A stretch of DNA of 64,000 nt from Guillardia theta CCMP2712 (GCF_000315625.1 NW_005434650.1:571069-635068); one strand, 5' to 3'. Shown: positions 47,708 to 61,422, counted from the stretch's first letter. Numbers and translations: made by a program. Notes: a model not told the origin generated them from the letters alone.

Positions 47708-50700
47708 TCACTTGACAAGCCGTGACTCCCTGGCTGCAAGGATCTTCTTCAGCGTGTGCGCGAGGACCTGGACAGCATGAGCTGGCGGGAGAGGAGGATG
47801 AGAAGAACTCACTGCCTCCTTCTGCTCCTCGTCATGCTCGCTCTCAAAGTAGACGTCGAGGGCTCCGATGACTGCGCAAGAGTCAAAGGGAAGGGATTGT
47901 GACGGTTTCATCGTGCGAGCCTTGAGGGTCGTCGTCCGTTAGCATGTTCTTGAGCAAGCTCTCGTCGTCCTGAAATGTAGAGTCATCGAAGTCACTGTGA
48001 GAGGAGGCAAAGAGAACAGAACAGAGAGCAGGGAAAGGAGGAGAAGGACAGTAGGAGTAGGAGTAGGAGTAGGAGTAGTGTCCTCCTTACCGCATTTAGA
48101 AAGTTCTGCTGCATCAATCTTTCCAGTATTCTCTGAGACAACAGGATTGGTTCACATTGCAAGTCGGGAGATCAAATGGCAAGAGACCTCGGGCTGCAAC
48201 TCGCGCTGCTCTCCGTTGGACTTTGCCTTGGGGTCGGGACCTTGCGAGGCTGTCAAGGGTAACGTCCATTGACGGTCACAGAGAGTTCGAACCTGATACC
48301 AACGGCTCCTGCTCGTTGATAGATTCCTGTCGCGATGAGTAAGTAGAGAATGGAGAAGAGGAACGGGGTATCGTGGTGGTGGTGGTGGTGGATGAGCAGA
48401 AGCAGGAGAGAAAAGGAGTGTCGGGTTAAAGAAGTACCCTCTTGTTGTCTTGTGAACTACTGCCCTCTTCCTCCTCCTCGCCGTTCTCGCTCATTCGCTT
48501 CTTCTTGAAGAAATTTTGAATTCTGTTCATGACGACGGCCATGATGAGCCCGAAGGCGAAGCAGGCGATGGGAGCGAAAATGATCATTCTGATCGAGTCT
48601 GTCGATGAAAGCATCAGCGTGGAAGACATGCGGGATATCCTTCAAGGGCGACGACGAGGATGGGGAGAAGGCGAGGAGGAGGGAGGAGAGAGACTGGAGG
48701 AGGGGAGCAAAGAGGTTGGAGGAGAGGAGGAGCGAGAGAGGCTGAAAGAGAGGATGGAGCAGGAAAACCTTGATTCGAGCGTGAAACGCCGAAGACGGGG
48801 ATGGGAGCGATGGGAAAGACTCGGCGCCAGTTGTTGTTGACCCAGACTTCCATGGTGCCGTTGTCAGCTGAGAAAGGATAGAAGATGATCTCATATAAGC
48901 CCGAATCCTGCGCGACTTGCCGGACGCCAACCTGGCAATAATCATGAACATGTAAAAAATAGAGGGAGGAGGGAGGGAGGGAGGGAGGGAGGGAGGGAGG
49001 GAGGGAGGGAGGGAGGNNNNNNNNNNNNNNNNNNNNNNNNNNNNNNNNNNNNNNNNNNNNNNNNNNNNNNNNNNNNNNNNNNNNNNNNNNNNNNNNNNNN
49101 NNNNNNNNNNNNNNNNGGGAGAGAGAGAGGGAGGGAGGGAGGGAGGGAGAGATGGGTAACCTGCATGGGGTCGTTGGAGATGCTGCCATCAGGAGCGCTT
49201 TTCCAGAAGAGCGCAGCGATCGAGTCTGAGCCGGAGGTGCTGATGTTGTTCCCAAACACCTGCCCCCTCCGTCAGCTCTTCCGCGTCTCCTCCTCTTAAC
49301 CGTCTCGGTCGCGTACATCTCTTGTCTGCACGTAGAACTTTGAGGAGATGCCGGCCTCGGAGAAAGAGAGGCCCTCGCCGTAGATGAGGGAGAAGGAGGG
49401 GTCGATAGTGTTCGACTGGATGTTCATTAGGTAGGGGCTGCCGCTGATATGCTGATTGCCGTCCATCAAGACATGGATCTGCAGCATGTTTGTTAGATTC
49501 TCCTCGTAGCATGTAGTGCCTGGTCAGCAGGACAGATCGGGCGAGGAGGAGGAGAAAGCAGGTTGATGAAGAGCGACAGGTAGGGGGATAGGGAGGAGGG
49601 GGAAAAGAATGTGTAGTAGATCTGACCGAGTAGTTTCCAGTAGCTGTGATAGTATAGCTCACGTCGTAGGTCCCATCCAAGTTGTCAAGTTGGAATCCAG
49701 TCATTGAGTCTGGACCGAGACAGGGTTGCAAAATCTGCAGGACTTTCAATTGGCCTCGTCCTCCTCCGCCTCCAGCTCCCACTCATCCTCCTCCCTCTGC
49801 CTCCTTTCCCTGCCAATTCTTTCGTTCCTCTAAGTCCTCTCCTCATTCATTGTTCACACTTCCCCTCCTGCTGAACACCTGCAGACCTCAATTCTCCCTC
49901 TCCCTCTTCACCTCTGCCCTCCTGCTCCTCCTCCCCTTCCTCCTGCTCCTCCTTCACCTGCGTGTTTGGATCCTCCAGAGGGCCAAAGCAGGGCCCTGTC
50001 AGGAGCACCCGGATCGCGTCCTCCCCCCGGCCCTGATTCCCGCTGCTGTCACGAGCGATGATGGTGAAGGTACAAGTAATGCCAGCGGTACAGGACGACA
50101 GCCCGTCGCCCTGAGCTACGGACATGGAGTACAGGTTGGGTCCTGGACGGACGTTGATCTCCGTCGGAGAGTTGCTGATCTCGACGTTCATCGTGAAGAT
50201 CTTCATCTGGAATATCCCGATCTTCTTCATCTTGTACTGCACCCTGTACCTGCACGCGGCAAGGTCAGCTATTGAGCAGGAGGAGGTGTCGGCGGTCAAG
50301 GGGAAGGGAGAAGGAAGGAGTTGGGAGGGGGAGGGAGGAAGAGGAGTAGGAGGAAGTACCGGCAACTTGTCTCTGTGAGCGTCTTGAGTACTTTGCCTGA
50401 GAGGAAGGAGCTTGTCTGGAGGTTCTGAAACTCAACTGTGAAGTCCGACGAGCAGTCTTGATTGTTGCCTCCGAAGATATTCCTCACAATGATGTTGAAC
50501 TCCATGTCCTGCGTTTCGTGCTTACTTCCCTCTCCCTCTCCCTCCTCCTCAACATGCTGCAGCTGCCTTCAACTCTTCCTCCCCGATCGCGCCCTCCTCC
50601 TTCTCATCCTCCTCATCCTCCTCGTCCTCTCTTTGTCCTCGACCTCCGCTCGCTTACCTCGTTTGCTGTCGCAAACCTAGTAGCCTCCCCTACAGAGAAG

Positions 50701-53700
50701 CACTTCGGGGGAAACGCAGCGGTGTAATCAAACCTCCACCTGATCGAGAGGAGCGGCAGAGTCAGCAGATATGCATCTGAAGTCATGAAGGAGAAGTAGC
50801 AGCAGAAGGTAGAGAGGGAGGGAGAGTCAAAATTGCCCCTTGTTGTCCTGCACCTTCACCTACTCCTGCGCCTGCTCTGTCCCTTTCCTTCTCCCTCCTC
50901 CTCCTCCCTCCTCTCCTTCATAGCTCACATGTCCGAGAGTTCTCCGGCAACGACGTTGGCTCCCGAGAAGATGAACACGTAGGGGTCGGACAGCAGCATC
51001 CCAGCGCATGCTCGCGGTCGGGGAGCTGCACCTGAGACGATGACTGCCAGCCAAGTGAAGGCCACGTAGCTCTTGTCCAACGTCAACTTGAGCACCCAAA
51101 GATCGTTGAGATCCCCCCAGTCCTGGTCGTGGAAGTAGCTCGCTCCTCCGAACATGACGAGGTAGTTCCCAAAGATCTGCACTGCCGCTCCTTTCCTCGC
51201 CCTCGGGCTCCCTTGCTGGGGGTCGTCGAAGATGTTGAGCTTGTCCAAGGTGTACACGCTGCTCTCGTTGCTCGTCGTTACATCGACCTTCCACACTTCC
51301 ATGATGACTTTCTGACACCCACGGTCAGCAACTGCTGAACTCTCTCCTCCTCCTCCTCCTCCTCCTCCTCCTCCTCCTTCCTCCTTCTCCTCCTCCTCTT
51401 CCTTGTCTTCTCTTCATTCTTCCCCTCCTCCTCCTCTCCCCCTCCTCCTCCCACCCGCTGCGACAAGAAGCTGTCCTGTGATGAGCACTGGTCCTGGCTC
51501 CCTGTGCAAACAGCTCCAGCAACGATCCGGAAGCTTCCTGGAGCTGCCGGCAGCATGGAAATACTCCAGGTGAACGGGAGGCCCTCGCCTTGGGCCTCCA
51601 CCTGCTGCCAGCGGACGGTCAGGCTACCTGAGAAGCTCATCCTCCAGAGAGAGTTGGAGGGAGCGAACGAGTTCTGCTGCAGGCCCCCACAGACGTACAT
51701 CTGCACGCGAGCGTCAGAGGGAGGAAGGATGGAGGGAGTGGGAGGAGGTGGGGAAAGTAGAGGAAGGAGAGGAGAAGGGAAGGGGAGAGTTCTGCCCCCT
51801 CCTCAGACTCCAGGGGCGCAGGAAGAGATCGATTACGTTATTTCCATCGACAGCAGCAGCGTGAAAGTACAGTCCCCCGGGAGTAGAGGAGGATTCGACT
51901 CGAAGGGGCCCGATGACCATCCCCATGTTGGAGGAGGAGGAGGAGGAGGAGGAGAGCTGAACGATGTAGACATCATCGTAGGGCAGGAGCCGATCCTCGG
52001 TAAAGCCTCCATAGATCACAGCAGCGTTCGCCAGGTAGGGGCTAGAAGTCGGAGACATGCTCACGCTTGAGTGGCCGTACCGGGACAAGGGGAGGCACTG
52101 CTGCACGCTAGAGCAGGAGGGAACGGCTGCTGTCGTGTCGTTGCTGCCGACGCTGAGCACGGAATAAGTCAACATGCTCCAGGTGGAGGAGGAGACGTCA
52201 AGAGTCCACAGCATAGCATGAGCGTGCATGTCGCTCAACCCCGCAAAGATCAGCATGGTGGTTCCTCCCACCAGCGTCAGTCCTGTCCCCCAGAACTCCG
52301 AGCCCGGTTTGATCCCGGGTACCTCCATCACTCCCCACGTCTTCGCCGTATCCTGGTAGAGGTAGAGCGCGTTGGATACGCTCTCCCCCTTATGCTGCCC
52401 GTCCTCCTTCGCGGTGGACGCATGCCGGGAGTCTCCGCCGAAGATCATATTGCCCGTGCTGCTCTCGAGGAGGGAATGATAGGAGAGGGGAGGGAGACCT
52501 GAAACAGGGGACATCTCCATGATCAGATTGCCGAAGTTCGCGTCCAACTGCAGCATCTCCATCGGGAGGGAGGTCGATCGCTGAGAAGCTCCTGGGTGAA
52601 GGGCAAGGATGTCAGAGTGAGCAGGGGGAGAAGGTGAAGGAGGAAAGGAAAGTTCTATGAGTGAGGAAGGGAGGGAAGAAGAGGAGGAGCTGGAAAGGAC
52701 GAGGAGTCTGAAGAAGTTGACAAGGAGAGAAGGGTTGGAAGGGGACACACTGGAGGAGGACAGCAGGACGTCAGGAGACAATGAGAAAAGTTGGTAGAGA
52801 GGAAGTAAGAAGAGAGGAGGGAGAAGGAGCAAGAGAGCGAGGAGAGAGCGCAAGGGAGAACTCAAGAGCAAGACGTCACCGTAGGCAAGGACGGAATGCC
52901 CTCCGACCAGGATCGCCTTATGGCCGTACATGGGGAACATGGTGACTGTAGACAGGGGACGGATCAGCTGCCATGGGTTTCCAGTCGTGATGCCGAAGTC
53001 GAACATCCAGACGTCAGCAAGGATGGTCCAGGTAGAGCTGACGCCTCCGTGCACGAGCAGGCGGGTCTTGGAGATGGAGGCAGCGACGTGCGAGTGGCGA
53101 GGGGAAGGAGTGCCGTCTGCGGGAGTAACAATCTTCTGCCATGAGCCGAAGGACAGCTGCTTCTGCGACAGCCACTCGGTCTTGGAGCAGGGGACGGTGG
53201 AGGGGAGGATGCTGGGCCTTGCTATGAGCGCACCGTTCCCCTTGCTGCCATGGCGGCCGGAGGGAGAGAAGTCTCTGACCACTCCATCCACGTTGGCGCT
53301 CTCGAACTGCCACCAGCCCTGGAGCGTCTGGTCGTTGTTAAATAGTCCCCACATGCTGCTCTGAACCTGATCTGGGGTCCTTGAGACGTTCCACCACTTG
53401 ACATCGTCCATGTACCCGTTGAAGTAGGAGGAGACAGCTTCATCCCCGTATCCCAGCACCAGCGACTGCGTCGAGTCGTAGGTACCAACTTTCAGCCCTG
53501 TCAGGTTCTTGCTGACGTCGACCTGGCCGTCCACGTAGAGGACAAGCTCGTCGTAGCCCCTCCCGCTGCCGAAGGTGACGGCGATGTGGTGCCAACTAGA
53601 GTCGAACACGTTGACTCTGCCCTTGAGGTGGATGTCAAGGGCTGTGACCCGGAGGTAGCTGGTCGAGGAGAGGCGCTGGATGTTGAGGTTTGACCCCATC

Positions 53701-56295
53701 GAGAGGATCGACTGATACTCCGTGTCAAAGTCAAAGATGAACACCCAGGCCTCGATGGTAAAGCTCAGCTTGCCCCCAGCTGTGGAGATCGGGTCGTAGA
53801 TGACCACAAAGTCGTTGATCCCGTCGAACCTCGCCATGTTGTTCAACCTCTGCTTGCACGCAGCGTCGCGGGAGGAGGCGGATTGGACGGGCTTGAACGC
53901 CCAGAGGTCGTTGCTGATCAATTCCTTTGCTGCTCCTACATCCGCCACCCCACCGAAGACCAGGGCGTACGGCTCGAGGGAGAGCGGGTCCATGACAGAG
54001 CAGGAGTGCTTGCTGCGCTTGCTCGGGACCTCAGAGGAGGAGAAGCTGATGGGATTCCATTTCTGACTTCCAGGGTGAAATCTCCACATATCCTGCAGCC
54101 ACACACTGTCTGCCGCTTCTCCCCCGTGGATGATCTAGAAACGCAACGTCAAACCTGCACGGCAGAGGAGGAGAAGGAAGGAGGGAAGAAAAAGAGAAAA
54201 GGAGTAACAGCAGCAGCAGGGCCCACCATGTAGTTCCAGATCTTGAAGGAGCAAGAGTAGGCTCTCGCAAGGGGCTGCGCGTCAGTTCCGTAGCTCACTG
54301 GCGACCAGATTCCCTGCCCGAGGTCGAACCTCCAGGTATCTCCGTACATCCCGTACCGCGGGGAAACTCCTCCGAAAACGATCAGGCTCGACGCGAACGC
54401 CTCGGCCGCATGCCCGCTTCTCCTTGAAGGGAGCGTGCCGGAGGGCCTCGCTCGCCTCCACACCTGCGTGCTGACGTCATCCTTACACTCGGAGCGATGG
54501 GAAGCACCATGTCGTTGATGTCGGCGTAGTAGACCTTGTTGGAGAACTTCACTCGGTTCGTTGACCCGAACAGCACGATCAGCAGCTTCGGGCCCTGCAG
54601 AACGTCAGCCGGTCCAGCCACGGCCATCACTGAGACTTTACAGCAGCGTACTCCATGGTGTGGAAGGCAACCTTCGGAACTGCCTGACCGGACCCAAGGA
54701 GCTCCGTCCTCTTCCACTTGAACTGCTCGGTGTCGTAGTACCACATACTCGACACAACTTTCTCCGTTCCTGCTCCCCCGTTTCCTTCTCCACCGACGAC
54801 GATGATCTTTGAAACGGAAGTTACTGGCCCAGCTACATCTCCAAGACTATCCTTGACTCCAACCTACGAACTCCCACTGTTCCTCCACTCAAATCCAACC
54901 TCTCTCCCACTCCCTTGCCCTCTCCCTCTCCCTCTCCATGTAACCAAGTCCCCTCCCAACACCATTCTCCCTTCTCTCTCTCTCCCTCTCCTTCCCTCCC
55001 TCCCTCCCTCCCTCCCTCCCTCTACCTGAAAGTTGTAGAATATTGACGTGTGTGCTGCTCTGCCCGACGGCCCACTCGTCGATGGATCCCACGTTATCCA
55101 GAAGGCAGAGTCGGGGTTGACTTGCAGGGTCCAAAGGTCGTTCTGAAGGACCGTAGACTCGTCGATCCCTCCGAAGAAGAAGATCTGATAGCCTCCTGAC
55201 CATACAGACACGTCAGACATTATCGTGCTGCCTCCAGCCTGCGGTCTACCCGAGCTGGTATCGCTCTGGTACGCCGTCGACGAGTGGAACATCCGGGGGC
55301 CGGGCCCGGGGCTCCGAGACCTGGTGGGAAACGACAAGGTCACGTAGAGCTTCACCGAGCCCAACGGCTGCCAGGTCGTACTGGTCCACGTTGACTGCCG
55401 ACCACTCTCCGCTGTTGATGCTTGTCTGCGGCTGAAACCTGAGCAGAAAGTAGGTCATCCCCGAGAAGCTTGTCCGACCCGAACACTTACATCCAGATGT
55501 CACTGAGGACAGACTTGCCGTCGCTCCCCCCGAACAAGAGGATCTGCGAGCCAAGGATGTCCATGGAATGTCCATACCTCCCTGCTCTCACCGTGACTCC
55601 ACGACAGTGGTCCCCCTAGCTCATCCTCCGTCCTTACCCGTCGGGGCGACGTTGCTCAGCGACTCAACCTTGACCCACTTCGACTGCGAGCCAGAAAAGG
55701 CAAACTTGAACATGGCGGCAGAGAAGCAGTCGTTGGACAGGCTTGTCGTCGGGCAGGCGCTCCTGGTGTACGTCCGCCCTCCCCACACCAGAGCAGCCAC
55801 GGCATCCGGGTTATCTTTCTGCCACAGGACTCCCCTTGCTCCCTCCACCGGCGGAGGAGTGACGGAGTCCCCGCAAGAGGAGCACTGCTGCAGCGGGATG
55901 AACTCGAAGGAGAGTACGTTGAATGTCCATGCATCGTTGAGCAGGCAGTGGTCCTTTACCACACAAAAGCCTCCCTGACAGACGCTTGCTGCCGTGCTTG
56001 GGTCGCAGGGCAGGCCAGCGGTCTCAATGGGTCCTCCTTCGCATATTGAGCACCCGTCCGTCGCTCCTCCGAAGATGAAGATCTCGTTGGTGCTCTCGAT
56101 CTGAACGCTCACATGCGATCGACGGGGAGGAGGTTGAGGGCCCGACGGGATCATCTCAGTCCACGATGAATCGCAGGGACGGCAAACAAGAAGGGCAAGA
56201 AGGAGGGAGAGATAAAGATTCTGCGCCAGAGCAAGGACTCTCTTGATGCTGTTCTCTTGGCCAGGAGAGTTCGACATGCTAACATCCCTTGACAT
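47708..56295 (-). CDS. Type I membrane protein: signal peptide, Kelch repeats, LamG, Kelch repeats, filamin-type Ig repeats, TM, helical cytoplasmic tail
   Basis: Kelch PPPRRSH..IFGG..NDAW repeats. LamG FDGINDFV..FTIEAWV..WHHIAVT..LYVDG..YFNGYMDDVKWWN. Filamin GDGLSSCTAG..FTIIARDSSGN..DGTYDVSY..ISGSPY. TM IIFAPIACFAFGLIMAVVM followed by KKKR. One intron holds the 49017-49116 gap. Confidence 0.85.
48961..49150. repeat. (GGGA)n intronic microsatellite spanning a 100-N gap
   Basis: gagggagggagg on both sides of N 49017-49116. Similar tracts at 31140-31210, 41587-41660 (GAGAG), 51343-51400 (TCC) and 57020-57107. Confidence 0.9.
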
Positions 56296-57152
56296 GTTGC
56301 TGGCTATTGTCCTGACGTTGAGTACAAACACAAAATCATCGACTTTGCTTACCGCTGAGTCCCCCAGCAATCCTCATTCGTCTTCACCATCAATCTCTTC
56401 CCTTGAACCCTCCTCTCCTCCTCTCCTCTCCTCTCCTCTTCGCCTCTCCTCCTTGAAACCTCTCTCCTCCTCTCCCGCGTCCTCCCATTTCGCCTGACGC
56501 TCTCCCATAGCCATCGAGTCCCACTTTTGGACGAAATCATCGTACCACCCCATCCACTACCAAGCGGAGTATCCCCTAGAAAAACTTTTCGGACCCCACC
56601 CATCAGTGAATGACCCTATCCTTGTCTATGTGGAACCCCACCAATATAGACAATTTTCAACCCACTGTTCACTCACTACCCCTCTCTTTCACCCCACCCT
56701 CAGGATTAGCACTTTTTTTTAACCCCACCCTCAGGATTAGGACTTTTTTTTTTGGACTGGTTCAAAACATCACCTACCTGGTTATTTCCAAGCACTCAGT
56801 ACTATAAACCACCGGTCCGACGAAGGCGCCGTACCCCCACCCCCAAAGATCACTTGTCAAATGCAATGAAAGCAAGGAGAACAGGGAGGAGGAAGGATTC
56901 CCAACGGAAGGGAGGAGAGGACATGCGGAGAGGGAGGAGCCGGTGCGAGAGAGAAGAGCAGAGGCAAGAGTGTAGAGCAGAGGGAGAAGAGTGAGGTGGA
57001 GAAAATTGCAGATTGCAGAAGAGAGGGAGGGAGGGAGAGAGGGGGGGGAGAAGTGGGGCAGAGGGAGGGAGGGAGGGAGGGAGGGAGGGAGGGAGGGAGG
57101 GAGGGAGCTACAAAACATATAGAAACATTTACTATTTACACAAGGACACATA

Positions 57153-59924
57153 TCATGATTCAAGTTCATGGGGATCAAAAGCCATGGGATCTTCAAAGCC
57201 TTCACATTCCGAATGGGTCGAGTAGTCTTCGTCAAGTGCAAAATCTGGCTCAGGTACGGGCAAGAGATCTTTTTGGGGGTCCTGATCAAAGACATTGAGG
57301 ACAAGAAGCTTGTAAAATTAGAACTCACCGCTTCGTCCTCCTTCGTTCCATAAACTCCTCCATTCTTCCACCACTTGGAGGACATGATCGTGAACTCGTC
57401 GCTCTGCTCGTTTTCTTCATCGAGCGTCATGTTGATTGAGTTGAAAGCATGAGTCTTGTTCATCTCCTTTGCAATGGTATCGTAATCCCCAGGGATGACG
57501 ACATCGCCGTCGTACGACTGGATCATCGTCTTGTCCATTTGCGTTCGGAGCATCTCAGGCAAGAAGGAAATGTTCTGATCCCGAGGTATTCTTCCTGCAC
57601 AAATCGTTCACGCTATGAGGAAGGGCTGCACTCTAACTACCTGAATGGAGAGGAAAGATCGGGTCCACCCTCAACGCCTTGAACGACTCGATGTAATCAA
57701 TGGGGGCCCCTTGCTTGTACAAGTTTTCCTGCACCACCGTGATCAAGTCGTAGACGGGGAGCCAGCAAAGCTGGTGAAGAACTCCCACCTTGAACATCTT
57801 CACCAGGTCCTCCTTGTGGTGGGAGATTGCTAGACTAAGAGGACAGTGACCAAACCTGCCAAGAACTTCACTGGAGAAGTTTTGAGCCTCAGCGTGAGGT
57901 TGAACCGATTCAGCACGTCGGGACGACACCCTTTCTTTAGCAAGTATTCCGCAATCTCTGTGTTGCCCCAAATTGCTGCGATGTGCAGAGGCCTGGATAG
58001 AGTGTGAAGAGATAGTTCGGATGAATAGGAATACCTATCCAGCAGAATGTCCTTGGCATTATAGTCAGCTCCGTACGATATCAGCAAACGAGCTATGTTC
58101 AATGACGAGTAGATGCAGGCTGAAACCAGCTGTGAGACTGAACTATGGAAAGAAACGTTACTTTCACCCCGGTGGAGGGCAGTCCGTCCGTGATTATCCT
58201 TGTGATCAACCGAAGCGCCAGCATTCAACAGGAGCTCAGCTGCACGGAAGAAGTTCTGGTCGCAAGCGTACTGCAAGGGAGAGGCTAGGGTTGATCAGTG
58301 CGAGCACATGGTGAAGGGCTGAATGTACACCTAGATTCGCATCGACTTCATTCGGTGTTGCTCCATTTCTCAGCAGAACAAGCATCGCACCTATTTCACC
58401 AGAGCCCGCAGCCAAATGCATCCCTGATACCTGAAATTCCTGTCAGCGTTTGAACTAGCAGTCCCATGATCCCACTTTGAACGGCGAGTCAAAAGAAGAT
58501 CTATAAAGAGCTCCCATCTTCATGTATTTCTCCATGAGGGACTGGTTGCCTTCGAGGACTGCCTGTACCCAGGATCTGTCAAGGTTTGAACCAAACTGTT
58601 TGGAATAAGCTACTTCTTCAAACTCATATTGCAATGTCAGGTTGATTGCCCTGGAGATATTTCGCTTCTTCATCCCAGAGAGCTGAGAGCCTTGGAATCA
58701 GCAACGAAGGCAACTTTTGAAGGAAGCTCACTTCTTCCTCTGTAGGATAGTCCTGTCAAGAGTTTAGACGTTGACAACTGGTTCTATGCAAAACCTGGTG
58801 ATACAAGAGGAGCGTACAATTGTTATTGGCGAGATAAAAGTACGTGGTATCGGTAATACATGAGGAGTTGACGATCTGTACAAGCAATCATCTAATTAAA
58901 CGGGGTGTCTACAACCGCCAACCTTCATGTTGCTGTTCTGTAGAAGGGCACTCCTTGATTGAAGAAGTGTTTCCCTGGATCGGAGATGTTCATTGCAAAA
59001 CCATTCAGCTTCGCACAACACCTGATTTTTTCCTTTGATTTAGCACCGCTCACTGCAGGATTCAGCTCTTCGGAAGTGAGAGCTGAGAAATCATTTATAT
59101 CCCCCAGCTTCACACCAAGTCAGTGTCTGAACATTCCAAGTTCATGGGACTGATAATACCAGCCCAAACTTGTTCTTCATCGCTTTCAACTTCTTTGACT
59201 GGAATGGCCAAGGGGCATTTTCAGTATCCTAATCCTACAATTACAATATACAGATAGAACGTAACGACTAGACCTTTGGACCATAGGGCAATGATTCTCT
59301 ATCCCAAATATGATCAACCTTCTCGGGCTTTTCTTGTCGTGGGATTTGTTCTTCTGACGTTATCGAAGTCGCTTTCAGAAGGTCGTCAATCTCTTCCACT
59401 GCATCCTTCTGTGTCTCTTCTAAAGTCTCCTCCTCTCTGTCAAATTCCTCCAACACCTGCCTTTTCTCATCCTCCAAGATTTTCTCAGCGGTCTCCTGCT
59501 CCTCCATCATCCGGCTTAATGTCATGTTGCACTTGAAAGCCATATCTCTCTCAGTGTGCATCTGTCGCATTTCTTTCTCGAAGGATTTCTTCAGCTTTAG
59601 TAAACTTTGAATCCTGTAACGGAACAGGCTTCGGTACATCGCTTCTGCTTCATCCTCAGACGTTTTCTTCACGGCATCATCTTCGTTTTGCATATATTCT
59701 TCAGATGATTCGCTGCTTCCTGTAGTTTCTCCGGAAGATCCTCCTCGCAACTGCAAAACAAGACAACTCGCACTCGAGGAAAGCTCATCAAGCCTGATGT
59801 TGATGGTATGAAACGAGGACGGCAGTGGTGATAGTGATGATGATGGTGGTGATGAACATGCAATGATCACACAGATCAACACGAGCCTCCTCCTCCATTC
59901 CCCTGGCATTTTCGCCGCTTTCAT
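57153..59924 (-). CDS. Signal peptide + LRGG motif + coiled coil + ankyrin-repeat protein, multi-exon
   Basis: RRRLVLICVIIACSS..LQLRGG, acidic coiled coil, ankyrin repeats MHLAAGSG, GRTALHR-ACIYS, PLHIAAIWGNTEIAEYLLKKG; last exon ..DPHELES*. Confidence 0.8.
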
Positions 59925-60828
59925 CTGATCCCTTCACACCATCGCAAGTCGCATTCACCCGATTCTCCACACTCACAACCCCACCCCTGGGGTCATGGCA
60001 GAATGAGCTACCCCTACTTTCAAGGTTCCAAGTACCGGTTCTTTAATACCCCATACTCCCAATCAAAATGGGTCCTATAGTGAAGTTTTATCCTCTATTG
60101 GTGTTATAGTCAACAATCTCATAGTCAATATTTATTTTTTTTCTCGGTTGTGCGCGTGCGCAGGAGGAATTGAAGCCATGGCAGCGGTAAGCGAGCAAGT
60201 GACGGCGGTGATGGCGGGATGTGGAGGAGGCTTGAAGTGTTGGGGAGGGAGGTGGACATGCAGGATGAGGAGACATGTGCAGGGCAGATGAGGTAGATAT
60301 GTTGAAGGAGGAGACGCGTGCAAGAAAGATGGTGAGACATGATGAAGAGGTAGCTGTGAAGGGCACGGGTGAAGCATGGATCGGAGAAGGCCTTGTTAGA
60401 CTGGAGGAGAAGGTTTGTGGACGGTGAGACAGAATCAGAGTGCTACAATGTATGCGAGGAGCAGAACTTCTATGAAGGGAGGGAGGGAGGGAGGATGGGA
60501 AGAGCATGGAGAGTGGTTATAAAGCCGTGAGATGTGTGTTGGGCCAGGGACACAAAAAATACAGTGCTGATGATTGAAGTGTGGCCAATGATCTCTTATT
60601 GTATTGCAACTTTGTGAATGAAGAGCACAAGTTTTCAGTCAGATGAATTGCAGGAAAGCAGACGAAAGGACAGTTTTATCTCTGTTTCTCGTGAGCCAAA
60701 TGCTAGTTCGGTTCACTGTGACAAGCTCATGAATGATGACACATTGAAATTCTTGATCATGAATGTTATTTCAAATCAATCTTGTTATCTGGGTTAGCTC
60801 TGTTCGTGTACCTGGGTTGCTGCTGTTG

Positions 60829-61328
60829 ATGTCGGACAGGCCGCGAATCATTCAGTCATTTCCAAAAGCTGACTTGTCCGTTCAGTTGGATGAAAATATG
60901 CTCGCGTGCACATACGCAACCCTGATTCTTCACGATGACGGGCTTCCCATCACCGCTGACAACGTTGCCAAGCTTACTGAGGTCAAACTAAATGAGAGGA
61001 GGAAAAGATTTTCTCACCCCACTGCAGGAGGCTGGACTAGAAGTCCCGGGATTCTGGCCGAAACTCTTCGTCAGCGCCATCGCCGATTCAAACATCAACG
61101 AGCTCATGATGAATGTCGTAGCGACTAGCCCAGGAGGAGGCGCAGCAGCAGGAGGCGCTGCTCCTGCTGCCGCTGCCGCCGCTCCTGCTGCCGGCGGAAA
61201 GCCCGGTGAGAATCTTGAAACTGCTCGTTCCCCTGCTCTTACTGACTTCCTCGGCAGCTGCTGATGCCAAGAAGAAGGCACCGGAACCTGAGGAGGAGGA
61301 GGACATGGGATTCTCATTGTTTGACTAA
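60829..61328 (+). CDS. RPLP1: 60S acidic ribosomal protein P1
   Basis: LACTYATLILHDDGLPITAD, EVPGFWPKLF, Ala/Gly hinge, EEEEDMGFSLFD*; at least two introns; start uncertain. Confidence 0.95.
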
Positions 61329-61422
61329 TCATTTAGCATGGGGAATTAAAAGTCATCTCTGGGAATTTATTGTTATAGTTAATGCAGGACATGAAAGAAA
61401 CTGTTTGTTTTTGCAGAAGCGT

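Noticed and set aside
52535-52880. Hydrophobic Leu/Ser-rich TM-like segment in the 796-aa ORF (also the C-terminus of the 694-aa ORF)
   Set aside because: Translated polypyrimidine introns
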